Source: Armatimonadota bacterium
GTDB taxonomy: Bacteria; Armatimonadota; UBA5829; DSUL01
Reading direction: 5' to 3'
Length of the DNA stretch: 64,000 nt
Assembly: GCA_039811685.1 (NCBI GenBank)
Contig: JBDHZC010000001.1
Location: 768,001-832,000 of the forward strand
This document shows, one piece after another, positions 47,381-56,915 of the stretch. Every line of letters starts with the position of its first letter. Positions within the stretch are counted from its first letter, which is position 1. The notes beneath the pieces are model-generated. The model searched no databases. It worked only from the letters and a program-made list of their open reading frames with translations, and was not told where the DNA came from. The position numbers and the translations under genes are program-made.

Positions 47381-48526
47381 ATGAGAAAGTTTACTGCCAT
47401 CCGACGTTTCACGTTTGCTGCGTGCGCAGTTGCCACTCTCAGTTTTTTTGCGCGTGGTGAGGCATCTACGTTCGTCTCCATTCGTGACCTCAATCGTATT
47501 CGCGCCAATCCTGCCCAGCCCGTGCCACCTAGCCCTATCAAAGTGGCGGGGCGGGTTGTCGAAGTGCTGGAAAATCCGCCGCGGGTGGCGCTCAGCGATG
47601 GCAGTGGCACTATTACAGTACTGAGCGCTGACGGAAATCTCGGAGAGTTCCTGGTGCTGGAAGGGGACTGGGATGGCTCCTCTCTTACCCCTACGAAGAA
47701 TGAGATGGTGAACGAGGACGTGGTCTTTCCGCCAACGCTATTCATGATGGGCAACAGCGGGAAAGGCAAGGATGCCGACTACGGCTACCAGCATGAGCTT
47801 CCTCAGCATCCGGTATCACTGGCGTCTTTTCGGCTGTCACGCACGGAGGTCACGCGGGCTGACTATCAGCGGTTCATTGACGCTGGCGGCTATGACGACT
47901 TCAAATCCTGGTCTTATGAAGGCTGGCTGTGGAAGACATCACACAACATTACCAAGCCTGCTTACTGGGACAGTGTTCAGATATGGGGGCTCTTTGGAGA
48001 CGCTTTTGAGCAGACAGACAATTTTCCGGTAGTTGGGGTCAGCTACTGGGAAGCCGACGCCTACTGCAGATGGGCCGGCGGACGCCTGCCAACAGAGGCT
48101 GAATGGGAAATGGCGGCCCGCTGGAGCGGACAGCCGCGCAGCTATCCGTGGGGAGACAACTGGGACTACGAGAACTGCAACAACTGGTGCGATACTGCGG
48201 CTCCGGGTGGTGGCGGACCGGGCGCCTATCAGACAGCCCGAGTGGGAGCCTACCTCCTGGATAAGAGCTATTCTGGATGCATGGACATGGCCGGCAATGT
48301 GAGCGAGTGGGTCTCCGACTGGTACAGCGCCACGTACTACTCAATGGGGCCCTCTGGCGGCGCCGCCTGGAACAACCCGCTCGGCCCCGCTGGTGGGACG
48401 GCAAAAGTGGTGCGCGGCGGCAACTGGTCTGACAATCTGTGCGCTGACACGACGCGTTCGGCAGCGAGAAAATCGTTGAGTCCGGACAGCCGCGCCTATA
48501 ACGTCGGTTTTCGGATCGCACACTAA
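47381..48526 (+). CDS. Exported FGE-sulfatase (SUMF1/EgtB/PvdO) domain protein with an N-terminal OB-like domain
   Basis: TEVT, PVVGVSYWEADAYCRWAGGRLPTEAEWE, YPWG, DMAGNVSEW, RGGNW, GFRIA; ATG 47381 with SD AGGAG. Confidence 0.88.
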   Translation: MRKFTAIRRFTFAACAVATLSFFARGEASTFVSIRDLNRIRANPAQPVPPSPIKVAGRVVEVLENPPRVALSDGSGTITVLSADGNLGEFLVLEGDWDGSSLTPTKNEMVNEDVVFPPTLFMMGNSGKGKDADYGYQHELPQHPVSLASFRLSRTEVTRADYQRFIDAGGYDDFKSWSYEGWLWKTSHNITKPAYWDSVQIWGLFGDAFEQTDNFPVVGVSYWEADAYCRWAGGRLPTEAEWEMAARWSGQPRSYPWGDNWDYENCNNWCDTAAPGGGGPGAYQTARVGAYLLDKSYSGCMDMAGNVSEWVSDWYSATYYSMGPSGGAAWNNPLGPAGGTAKVVRGGNWSDNLCADTTRSAARKSLSPDSRAYNVGFRIAH

Positions 48527-48557
48527 GCGCGCGATCGCTGCCTGAGTGAACCTTGCC

Positions 48558-49778
48558 TCAGGCCTCGACTATCTGGCGTTGCTGTGGTAGATATCGCATC
48601 CTCTTGCCCCGTCGCAGGGCAGTGTAAGCCAATACGCACGCCACAGTATGCTGATGTCCCGCCTGAATAGGCGCGCTTGGTGTCTGACGGCTGCGCACGC
48701 AGCGCAGGAAGTTGTGCTGATGCGGCTCTCCTTCGAGCGGCGTAACAGTCAGCGCTTCTTTCAAGGCCCGGCCAGCCACCCCACCCTGACCGGTAAAAGT
48801 GAAAGGAGCTTCATCAAACACACCTGACTCGCCGTAGAATCGGCAGACAGGCTTCGCTCCATCTCCGTTGCCAAGAGCTGTGGTATACGAAACCAGAAAC
48901 CCCTTCGGATACTCGAGTAGAGCGGTCACAGTGTCCTCGTGCTCTCTGTCCGTCCACACATACTTCCCGCCTGCAGCCACCGCCGCCGAAGGATAGGGAT
49001 CGTCCATGAACCACGCAGCTACGTCCAGATAGTGCGCCCCCAGCAGAGCGATGGGACCGTTGCAGAAGTCCCGGTACAGGTGCCACTCCACGTACTGGTG
49101 CGCATCAAAAGCGCGCATCTTCTTGCCCATCAGATAGCGACGCCAGTGGACGTCTGGCTCCGATAGCGCGATCTCACCCCGCAGCCACCGGGGGCGATTG
49201 TCGTTCCAAGCGAGCTCGATCCTGCTCACCTTGCCAAGCACGCCGTCCTGAATCATTTTGGCCGCGCCGCGCCAGCGCCCGTCACTGCGGCGCTGCGTGC
49301 CCACCTGTACGACTCTTCTGTTCTTCTGGGCGAGGTCCAGCGCTGCGTTGGCCTCTTGCACCGTGTTGGCCATCGGCTTCTCGACAAAGACATCCTTCCC
49401 AGCCTTGAGCGCATCAATCATAATCGGGCCGTGGGCGAAGTCCGGCGTTGCGACTCCCACGACATCCACATCATCCAGCGCCAGCAACGCTTCATAGTCA
49501 GCAAACTCCCGGCACTCGGCGTCGTACAGCGCATTCACCATCTGCGCAGCTGTCTCTCGCCTCTGATTCCACGTATCGCACACAGCAGTGATTTCGGCAT
49601 TGTGAACCCGGCCAGCATCGTACATATCCTGAAGCATTCCTGATCCGCGCCCGCCGATCCCGATCAACCCAATGGAAAGCCGATCGTTTGCCCCGAACGC
49701 ACGCTGAGGGATGATCGAAAAGGCCTTGGTCAGTGCAACAGTCGCTGCGCTCGATTTGACAAAGTCTCTGCGGTTCAT
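48558..49778 (-). CDS. Tat-exported Gfo/Idh/MocA family oxidoreductase
   Basis: NRRDFVK twin-arginine signal, GIGGRG, ATPDFAH, VEKPMA, QVGTQRRS. Confidence 0.9.
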   Translation of the reverse strand: MNRRDFVKSSAATVALTKAFSIIPQRAFGANDRLSIGLIGIGGRGSGMLQDMYDAGRVHNAEITAVCDTWNQRRETAAQMVNALYDAECREFADYEALLALDDVDVVGVATPDFAHGPIMIDALKAGKDVFVEKPMANTVQEANAALDLAQKNRRVVQVGTQRRSDGRWRGAAKMIQDGVLGKVSRIELAWNDNRPRWLRGEIALSEPDVHWRRYLMGKKMRAFDAHQYVEWHLYRDFCNGPIALLGAHYLDVAAWFMDDPYPSAAVAAGGKYVWTDREHEDTVTALLEYPKGFLVSYTTALGNGDGAKPVCRFYGESGVFDEAPFTFTGQGGVAGRALKEALTVTPLEGEPHQHNFLRCVRSRQTPSAPIQAGHQHTVACVLAYTALRRGKRMRYLPQQRQIVEA

Positions 49779-49806
49779 GTGCGTTGTCCACCCTCCGGGT
49801 CCCGCT

Positions 49807-50820
49807 TCAATGATTGTACTGCTCCAACAGTGTTCGTGTTAGGCGGCTGTCCGGCCTGCCAGTATGAACGTACAGACGATATCTCAATGTCAACGGCTCG
49901 TCAGGAAGAATAGTGTAGCCAGCAGTTTTGTTGGTGAAACTGGGACTTAGATATCCGTAATAACGCAGACACCAGCCGTCTGGGAAATACGGATTTCTGC
50001 GACTCTGCAGGATGGATACGCCGTCAAGTGTGTCTTTACCGGCAAACCGTCCGCTCAGATCTGCCCATGTGTGTGAGATTTTGTTTTCGTCTTTCACAAC
50101 AGCGCCATCAGCGCTGAAAAGAGCGGTGTCTGTGCGATCGGCAAAACGAACTCCCAAACCGCTGTATCCTGTCTGGGATGTGGCGATAGTGACGGGGCCG
50201 TCAACCGCCGAAAGCGTGAGCTCAAAGTCTATGGCCCGGCGCGCCTGCATGGCTCTGTAAACAGTGAACTTCACATCTTCGTCGACAATCTTTTTTCCGC
50301 TCGCATCGTCAAACCAGCCATTGTGCACGCTTAGCGTGGCGACTCTGTCGGTAACCTGGGCGCTGTAGCGCCCAGAGAATTTCTGGTGCATCCCCTTCAG
50401 AGTCCAGAGATCTTTGGTGACTGGCGGTGAACTGGGCGATTCTGCGAAGCTGACCTGTTGCCACATCCAGCTCAGTCCGCGGTGATGAGGGTGGTCCACT
50501 GGAAAGTCGGCGGTCAACTCTGTCACACCGTCCAAGGCGTAAAGCGGGTGAACATAACTGCTGCGGCGTCTGTCTTCCGGCATCCCGGGCGCCAGAATCT
50601 CTCCCAGGACATAGCGAAAAACAGGCGTACGGCCTTCCGATACCAGGAGATAGTCTTTCCCTGTGCGTTCAATCGAAAACGCCCCAGCCGCGCGGGCAGG
50701 CACACTTGCCAGAGCGCCAAGCGCTATGACAGCGAGCGCAACACCCGTGCTGTGCCAAATAGACCGCATAACCGAAGAAAACCAGACCGCAGAACACACC
50801 ATACTCAGAGGAGTGTTCAA
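49807..50820 (-). CDS. DUF6807/'PmoA' (PF14100-like) exported protein
   Basis: YVHPLYALDG, DHPHHRGLSWMW, YSGLGVRF, LRYRLYVH; start uncertain. Confidence 0.75.
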   Translation of the reverse strand: MNTPLSMVCSAVWFSSVMRSIWHSTGVALAVIALGALASVPARAAGAFSIERTGKDYLLVSEGRTPVFRYVLGEILAPGMPEDRRRSSYVHPLYALDGVTELTADFPVDHPHHRGLSWMWQQVSFAESPSSPPVTKDLWTLKGMHQKFSGRYSAQVTDRVATLSVHNGWFDDASGKKIVDEDVKFTVYRAMQARRAIDFELTLSAVDGPVTIATSQTGYSGLGVRFADRTDTALFSADGAVVKDENKISHTWADLSGRFAGKDTLDGVSILQSRRNPYFPDGWCLRYYGYLSPSFTNKTAGYTILPDEPLTLRYRLYVHTGRPDSRLTRTLLEQYNH

Positions 50821-50862
50821 CGCCCAGCCCGGTGAACTCCTGCGCCCAACTCAACGAATGTG

Positions 50863-51696
50863 TCAGTGCCGGTCAATACGCGCAGCGATTACCGTGACAT
50901 TGTCCGAGTCGGCTTGCGCTTCCGCGATGTCCAGCAGGGAACGGCACGCCATGTCCATCCGCTTGCGGTTCTTGTGAAGTTGCGCTTCTATCTGGCGATC
51001 TGTCGCGGCGTCGGTCAGCCCGTCTGTACACAATAGGACGATGTCTTCGACGCCTATCTCATGATCGGTGATTACCGGGTCTGGATCGGAATTCCAGCCG
51101 ATAGCGCGGTTGACCAGCGTCACCTGACGTCCGGCAACGGAAGGAGGATCACCAAGCCCAGGCTCGGCGGGGGCTCGCGTCCAGTCATCTTCCGTCAGAG
51201 GGACCAGACGCCGCCCGCGGTGCAGATAAAGACGGCTGTCCCCCAAACTGGCGACAAACAGCCTGCGCTGCGCAACTAGCGCGATCACCAGGGTTGTACC
51301 CATCTGCGCAAGCTCGGGATTCTCCAGGGACTCTGCGTAAACAGATCTGTCCGCCGCGCAAAACGCCTCCAGTAGCAGCTTGCACACCGCCGAAGGAGTG
51401 TAAAAGCGATCCGTTGCCAGAATTGTATCCCGCGCTGCGCGAACCGCGAGAGAGCTGGCAATATGGCCGCTTCCGCGCCCTCCTATGCCGTCTGCCACAA
51501 TCATCAGCGCTCCCAGCCACGACGGAACAGGTGGGTTGAGCTGACAGAGGTAGGAGTCCTCATTGACAGGGCGGCCACCCGTGGAGCTGATACCATACGC
51601 ATCCACCGTCAACTGACCGGCGACCTGACGCACCGGTGGCAATGGAAGCTCGGCTTCCGGCTCCTTTCTGCCAGAATTGAATGAAAATCCTATCAA
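50863..51696 (-). CDS. PP2C-family protein Ser/Thr phosphatase
   Basis: RPVNED, VADGIGG, MGTTL, GDSRLY, LCTDGLT, DNVTV. Confidence 0.92.
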   Translation of the reverse strand: MIGFSFNSGRKEPEAELPLPPVRQVAGQLTVDAYGISSTGGRPVNEDSYLCQLNPPVPSWLGALMIVADGIGGRGSGHIASSLAVRAARDTILATDRFYTPSAVCKLLLEAFCAADRSVYAESLENPELAQMGTTLVIALVAQRRLFVASLGDSRLYLHRGRRLVPLTEDDWTRAPAEPGLGDPPSVAGRQVTLVNRAIGWNSDPDPVITDHEIGVEDIVLLCTDGLTDAATDRQIEAQLHKNRKRMDMACRSLLDIAEAQADSDNVTVIAARIDRH

Positions 51697-53879
51697 TCAG
51701 TTCTCCCAATCCACTTCAATTCCAACTCGACAGAATCCATTAGTTCGTGCTGGACAACAGCCATAGACGGCCCCGCAAGATCAACCACCTGGTATTGTTC
51801 CGCAGACAGGGCGCGGTCATCCAACGCCACATGACTCAACACGCAACCCTGAGGGACCACCGGGCTAAGAGTAAGTGCTATCCCCGGAGTGTCAGACCCA
51901 ACTGACAGCCTGACTCCCTGCGCCGTCTGGCGAGCCTCGATCTCTATACGCGCATTGCCAATGCTAAGGTTGCGCAGCGCCGCGTGCTTTAGTTCCGCAG
52001 GAAGTTGCACACTGACGGTTAGAGCGCGGGAAGGCCAGTACGGCCGCACGCCAAAGATTCCTTCCACAACTGGAAGCACAACCATAGCTTCAGACCAGGC
52101 CTGATGAGGACAACCTGCCGGCTCCCTTTTGTCTCCGAGTAGAACCTCCGTGATGTAGCCGAGACAGAAGTCTTCCGTCAGCGAAGCTACGGCTTTGAGA
52201 TGATGCCAGCCCGCATCAGCAAAGCCATTGGCAAAGGCGGCCAGCGCCCCCCACCCGGTGGTGAGAGGCCACACTGTTCCTTCGTGGTATCCGGTTGGCG
52301 AATAGATGGAATCGAGATTTGAGTTTGTGCGCAACCCCCAGGCAACGCTGAGATCTTCCTGCATCATCCGGCTAACGGCGCGCCTCGCCTGCGCCGGGTT
52401 GACCAATCCCCACAACAGTGGAATTGTCGGGTTAGCGGTCGTGATGTCCAGCATAGAGTTGTCTGGCAGCTTGCGGTCGAACAGATATGAGTTCTTTTCG
52501 TTCCAGAAATCCTGATTGATGATCTCCCGTACCCGCTCTGCGTCCAGACGCCATTTTTCGGCCCGTGGATCGGACAAAACATCTGCCAGTTCAGAGGCGG
52601 CAAACAGCGCCTTGCACCAGATTGCCACCATGTCGATCATGTTCTTTTCGCCGTGGTCGTACCACTGATGGCCCGCGGGAGGATTGTCCACCAGCAAGTC
52701 ACCATCCACGTCCATCCGGTAGCACCAGTCCATTGCCTTAAGAACACACGGCCACATTTCGCGCACAAAATCGCTATCGGCCGTCCAGTTGTAGTAGTTG
52801 GCAATGTCTATGACAAAGAACGGCGTGGCGTCCGCAGCCGGGTATGCGTACTCCATGCCCGCTTCGCGCTCGTGCGCTGCTGAAAGCTCGTGGAAGATCT
52901 TTCCGGTGTCTCCTCCTTCTGTAATCTGATACCTTGCCAGCAGCCGGATGTTGTCCGCGACTTTACTGAAGTCGCCGTAGTCGTTGACAGCGAAGCCTGT
53001 CCACGAAGAGTCTCGTCCGAAGTACCACCCAAAACCGGGACGCCCACCTTCATCTGAACGGTTGAACCCAGCGACAAAACCACTGCCGACGCCCGGAGTG
53101 CGCATGTAGCACTTGTCCATGCCGACGATAGCCCATTGAAACGCTTTGTCCATATCGGGATCCGAAGACTCAAGGCGCGCGCTGTCCGAAAGAAGTTGAG
53201 TGTAGTAATCGACAGTCTGAGCGTAAAGCTCTCTCCAGTTTTGGCCGCAGTCCCGCCACAGCTTCAGCGCCTCATCCGATCCCGCGTCCGAACCTGCCAC
53301 GACATAGACGAGAACTTGTCCCTCCTCACATCCACCTGGTACCTCCGAGACACCATGCCACCCGAAAGCCGCCGCATCGGCACACCCCGGAGCTGTGACA
53401 ACCGTCGCCTGTGTCTGAGGATCTACAGACTCAACGGCGCTCCTCGGAACAGAGTCCGCCGGCCACATCAGCTTCAGATCTGACTGAGCTTGCGCACTCA
53501 CGGAAACGCCGCTCTGGCTTTTTACATTGAGGACAAATACGGCCGCCGCAACTCCGACCGGCGCAAAGACAATGTGATCAATTTCGACCCCATCCAGTCC
53601 AAGCGTGGCGATTGAAGCTTCAGGACGCACGCGAAATGATCGAAGCATGTCTTTGGATGAGTGCTGTTTTCCATCAACGTTTATGAGAAACTCCAGCGAC
53701 TTCACAGCCTTGAACGGATAGGTCCAGACTTCAACAGCGCCGCCTTCCTCTCCGATAACAACAGCGCGATGTCCCGCCGTGTCAAAGTACTGCGGAGTTG
53801 CAGACTCTCGAAGCAGTTCCAGTCCAGATGAGGGCAGCCCGGAAATGAAGTCGGCGTTCGAGGTACGTGGATTAGTCAA
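51693..53879 (-). CDS. Amylo-alpha-1,6-glucosidase / glycogen-debranching-like (alpha/alpha)6 glycoside hydrolase
   Basis: RPGFGWYFGRD, GKIFHE, DATPFF, YHEGTVWPL, CPHQAWS. Confidence 0.82.
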   Translation of the reverse strand: MTNPRTSNADFISGLPSSGLELLRESATPQYFDTAGHRAVVIGEEGGAVEVWTYPFKAVKSLEFLINVDGKQHSSKDMLRSFRVRPEASIATLGLDGVEIDHIVFAPVGVAAAVFVLNVKSQSGVSVSAQAQSDLKLMWPADSVPRSAVESVDPQTQATVVTAPGCADAAAFGWHGVSEVPGGCEEGQVLVYVVAGSDAGSDEALKLWRDCGQNWRELYAQTVDYYTQLLSDSARLESSDPDMDKAFQWAIVGMDKCYMRTPGVGSGFVAGFNRSDEGGRPGFGWYFGRDSSWTGFAVNDYGDFSKVADNIRLLARYQITEGGDTGKIFHELSAAHEREAGMEYAYPAADATPFFVIDIANYYNWTADSDFVREMWPCVLKAMDWCYRMDVDGDLLVDNPPAGHQWYDHGEKNMIDMVAIWCKALFAASELADVLSDPRAEKWRLDAERVREIINQDFWNEKNSYLFDRKLPDNSMLDITTANPTIPLLWGLVNPAQARRAVSRMMQEDLSVAWGLRTNSNLDSIYSPTGYHEGTVWPLTTGWGALAAFANGFADAGWHHLKAVASLTEDFCLGYITEVLLGDKREPAGCPHQAWSEAMVVLPVVEGIFGVRPYWPSRALTVSVQLPAELKHAALRNLSIGNARIEIEARQTAQGVRLSVGSDTPGIALTLSPVVPQGCVLSHVALDDRALSAEQYQVVDLAGPSMAVVQHELMDSVELELKWIGRTD

Positions 53880-54004
53880 TGAAAACTCCTTGGAATCAAG
53901 ATAAATGTGTAAATCTGGCAGGCTGGAAGTCTGTTATCAGCGTCGCTACAGGAGCCTGCAACCACCTGGCGCTGGCGACTGTGCCTTGCTGAAGGACGAG
54001 GTGG

Positions 54005-54715
54005 CTAGATGTCCGGTTCCGTGTAGCTGGATGAAGGTGATTTGGGCGCTTTCCCCGCTCTTACTGGTGCGTCTATGACGGCGTACAACCACGCTGCCGC
54101 CGCACCGCCCCACAGCAGCACAGCGAATGGGCCCGGCTGAGTGGCGGCAGCCGCATGTGTGCGCACCGGGACCATCAGTGTAACGAAAACCGAGATAAGA
54201 GCCTGAAGCTGCCCGGTCACCATCAGAAGAAGCAGGATAGCCCCGTAGGCGGAGGCGAGAATCACGGCTTTTGTGTTCTCTCCGTTATACCACTGACCAA
54301 GCCCCGGCCAGAACATGGACGCGAGAAATCCGACAACTGGACTGCGCTGGGCGCTCTTCGTGGGCGGAGTCTCCATCGCGGCCTGCAAATCCGATTCGTG
54401 CCGGGCCGCCTCACTCAAAGAGAGTACGATTTTTGCGTATTTCGTCTCAGGCCGCGCGGGATCGGCAGCCTTTTTCATTGCCGCGTGATAAGCCTCAGCC
54501 GCTTCCTGCGCTTCTCCCCGTTTCACCAGCACGTCACCGAGAAGCTCGTACGCCTCAGCATTATCCCGAGCCATGTCTATAGCCGCCCGGCAGTTCGTCT
54601 CGGCGGAGTCGAGGTCTTCGCGCCTGAGATAGATGTTCGCGTTTCGAAGCAGCTTCTGGAGCTCTTCGTCCTCAGGCTCACCCATCATCGGGTTCTGACT
54701 CGTCATCGCCGTCAT
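54005..54715 (-). CDS. TPR-containing membrane protein
   Basis: TPR helices (AEAYELLGDVL) followed by the PGLGQWYNGE TM module. Confidence 0.75.
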   Translation of the reverse strand: MTAMTSQNPMMGEPEDEELQKLLRNANIYLRREDLDSAETNCRAAIDMARDNAEAYELLGDVLVKRGEAQEAAEAYHAAMKKAADPARPETKYAKIVLSLSEAARHESDLQAAMETPPTKSAQRSPVVGFLASMFWPGLGQWYNGENTKAVILASAYGAILLLLMVTGQLQALISVFVTLMVPVRTHAAAATQPGPFAVLLWGGAAAAWLYAVIDAPVRAGKAPKSPSSSYTEPDI

Positions 54716-55115
54716 CCGTCCCGTTCAGATCTACTTCATCCAGGTCTTCTTCGGCGTCCGAAGACCTCAGCGCCTCAGTAGATTTCCACAGACTCTCTAG
54801 ATCGTAAACCGCGCGGGCTTCCTGACTGAAAATATGCACGACGACATCACCGTAGTCCAAGAGAATCCAGTTGGCGTCGGCCGTTCCCTCGCGCCGCGCC
54901 CGTTGATCCGCCTTAGCTTCCATCGCCTCCATAACCCCATCAGCCAGAGCCCGCTGGTGCACACTGGACGTGGCGTGCGTAAGGATGAAGTAGTCTGCTA
55001 CAAGCGTACGCCCTTCCACAGAAATGACATCCACATCCAGAGCGCGCCTGTCATCCAGCGCCTCAACGATGATATCGACTTTTTCTTTTGACTCCAGCTT
55101 CGAAGATGATGGCAT
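54678..55115 (-). CDS. rsfS: Ribosome silencing factor RsfS
   Basis: ADYFIL, WILLDYGDVVVHIF, RAVYDLESLW; downstream of nadD. Confidence 0.93.
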   Translation of the reverse strand: MPSSSKLESKEKVDIIVEALDDRRALDVDVISVEGRTLVADYFILTHATSSVHQRALADGVMEAMEAKADQRARREGTADANWILLDYGDVVVHIFSQEARAVYDLESLWKSTEALRSSDAEEDLDEVDLNGTDDGDDESEPDDG

Positions 55116-55127
55116 GTAGACTCCTGA

Positions 55128-56312
55128 TCAGAGGCTGGCGTAGTCCCGCCCGATAATCACAACGACCGAAGCATTTTCTTTGTTTGGCTCCTGCGGAAGC
55201 GCCTGCGCCCGGCAGTTAAGCAGATCCGCGATCTTTTGTATCTGCGCGCTTTCAGGGTCTTGAGCCATGACAACAGAGACGTCATAGTCAGTCCGGGGAG
55301 CGTTTCCTGTACGCATAACGCGGTATCCGTCGTCGCGCAGAAACGCAGCCAGACGCTCCGCCGCACCCGTCACACCGCTTCCGTTCAACACTGCGACTGT
55401 TGGCTTGGGTTCTTGAAAGCGCAGGACTTCGTTCACAAGCGGCGGAATGGCAGGCAGATCCGGCACATAGTAGCTGATACCGTGAATTGTTTCAGGAACT
55501 CCCGGTAGAGTCGCCATCTGCACCTCATCCGCAGGAACGTCTTTCGACAGACGCGCCAGGCTCAGAAGGTCCTTGCTGGTCATGTTGGTCTCGACATTGT
55601 TCATCATTTCGTCGATGAGGTTGGGCAGCTTTGTCCAGTTGGAAGGAGAGGTTACCTGGCGCGCCAGCGCACGCAGGAACTTCTGCTGACGCTGAATCCT
55701 CCATAGGTCGCCCATCCTGTCGTGACGAAATCGCACGTATCCAAGCGCCCGCTCCCCATCCAGATGCCGATAACCTTTTTTCAGATTTATGTAGAGGCCA
55801 CCCCGGCGATCCACGTAGTACATATTCTTCTCGACGTCAATTCCCACGCCGCCAACCGCGTCCACAACTTTCTTCAGCCCTGCTATGTTGGTTTTCGCAT
55901 AGTAGTCAATGGGGACGCCCAGCAGGTCAGCGACACATTGCGCGGTGAGTTGCGCTCCACCCTTAGCATACGACGCGTTGATCTTCTGAAAGCCGGACAT
56001 TCCCGGAATCTGAATGCGGGTATCCCGTGGGATGGACAGACCCTGGACCCGCTTGTGTTTGAGGTCCACCGCCGCAACAAGGATTGTATCGGAGCGTCCT
56101 TTGTCCTCAGTGTTCTTTGAGAAGGTTTCATCTTCGCCCAGCACAAGCACAGTGAAGGTCTCCCGGCCACCAAAGGGCTTCTGAAAGACGACATCCCTGA
56201 CGCTCATGTGTGTTTTCTGGCTGACCAGGTGAAATGCCGCTCCGACAGCCACAGCCAGAGCTATGACAACAACGAAGAGAGCGATGGCGCTTTTTCGAGG
56301 TCTCAACCGCAT
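55128..56312 (-). CDS. LCP (LytR-CpsA-Psr) family protein with LytR_C domain
   Basis: RSDTI, SIPRDT, KINASY, YVRFRHD, RIQRQQ, VLNGSGVTGAA; start taken as ATG 56312. Confidence 0.9.
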   Translation of the reverse strand: MRLRPRKSAIALFVVVIALAVAVGAAFHLVSQKTHMSVRDVVFQKPFGGRETFTVLVLGEDETFSKNTEDKGRSDTILVAAVDLKHKRVQGLSIPRDTRIQIPGMSGFQKINASYAKGGAQLTAQCVADLLGVPIDYYAKTNIAGLKKVVDAVGGVGIDVEKNMYYVDRRGGLYINLKKGYRHLDGERALGYVRFRHDRMGDLWRIQRQQKFLRALARQVTSPSNWTKLPNLIDEMMNNVETNMTSKDLLSLARLSKDVPADEVQMATLPGVPETIHGISYYVPDLPAIPPLVNEVLRFQEPKPTVAVLNGSGVTGAAERLAAFLRDDGYRVMRTGNAPRTDYDVSVVMAQDPESAQIQKIADLLNCRAQALPQEPNKENASVVVIIGRDYASL

Positions 56313-56313
56313 A

Positions 56314-56907
56314 TCAGTCTTTGTAGAGTCCCTCCTTGAGGATGAACTGCCGGACACGCTCAGGTGTCAGGTAGCGAATACTGTGCCCGTTGCAAACGCG
56401 GTTTCGAATGGCCGTTGAGGATATTTCCATCAGCGGCATTTTGAGAAACTGCGTCCGCTCAAGAAACTCTGGGGACAACGCTTCTTTGGCCTTTCTGATT
56501 CCATAACCCCGGCGGGCTGCCGCCACAAAGTGTGTCAGTTGTGGAAGCTCATCTGACCGGCGCCAGGTGAGAATTTGCAAAATGGCATCCATCCCCGTGA
56601 TGAAATACGGCGTCTGCCCGGGGCGCTCAGCAACCATTTGATGAATCGTATCAAACGAGTACGAGGGGCCCGGCCGGTCAATCTCTATTCTGGAGGCTTC
56701 GAAACCCGGATTCCCCTGTATAGCAAGTGTTGTCATTGCCCAGCGTTTGTCCGGATCCGTAACCCGGTAAGGCTTCTGCCAGGGATAGCCGGCGGGAACA
56801 AACACCACGGTCTGCAGCCCGTAGGCTTCTCTGGCTCTTTCTGCCAGGAGAAGATGCCCAAAGTGAATCGGGTCAAAGGTGCCACCCATAATTCCAAAGC
56901 TGGTCAA
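56314..56907 (-). CDS. nadD: Nicotinate-nucleotide adenylyltransferase
   Basis: GGTFDPIHFGH, FITGMD, ISSTAIR. Confidence 0.95.
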   Translation of the reverse strand: MTSFGIMGGTFDPIHFGHLLLAERAREAYGLQTVVFVPAGYPWQKPYRVTDPDKRWAMTTLAIQGNPGFEASRIEIDRPGPSYSFDTIHQMVAERPGQTPYFITGMDAILQILTWRRSDELPQLTHFVAAARRGYGIRKAKEALSPEFLERTQFLKMPLMEISSTAIRNRVCNGHSIRYLTPERVRQFILKEGLYKD

Positions 56908-56915
56908 GAGGCAGG

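Noticed and set aside
49807..50820. Particulate methane monooxygenase subunit suggested by the 'PmoA' family name
   Set aside because: It is a soluble exported beta-protein without the multi-TM PmoA architecture and has no pmoB/pmoC neighbours; the family label is misleading.
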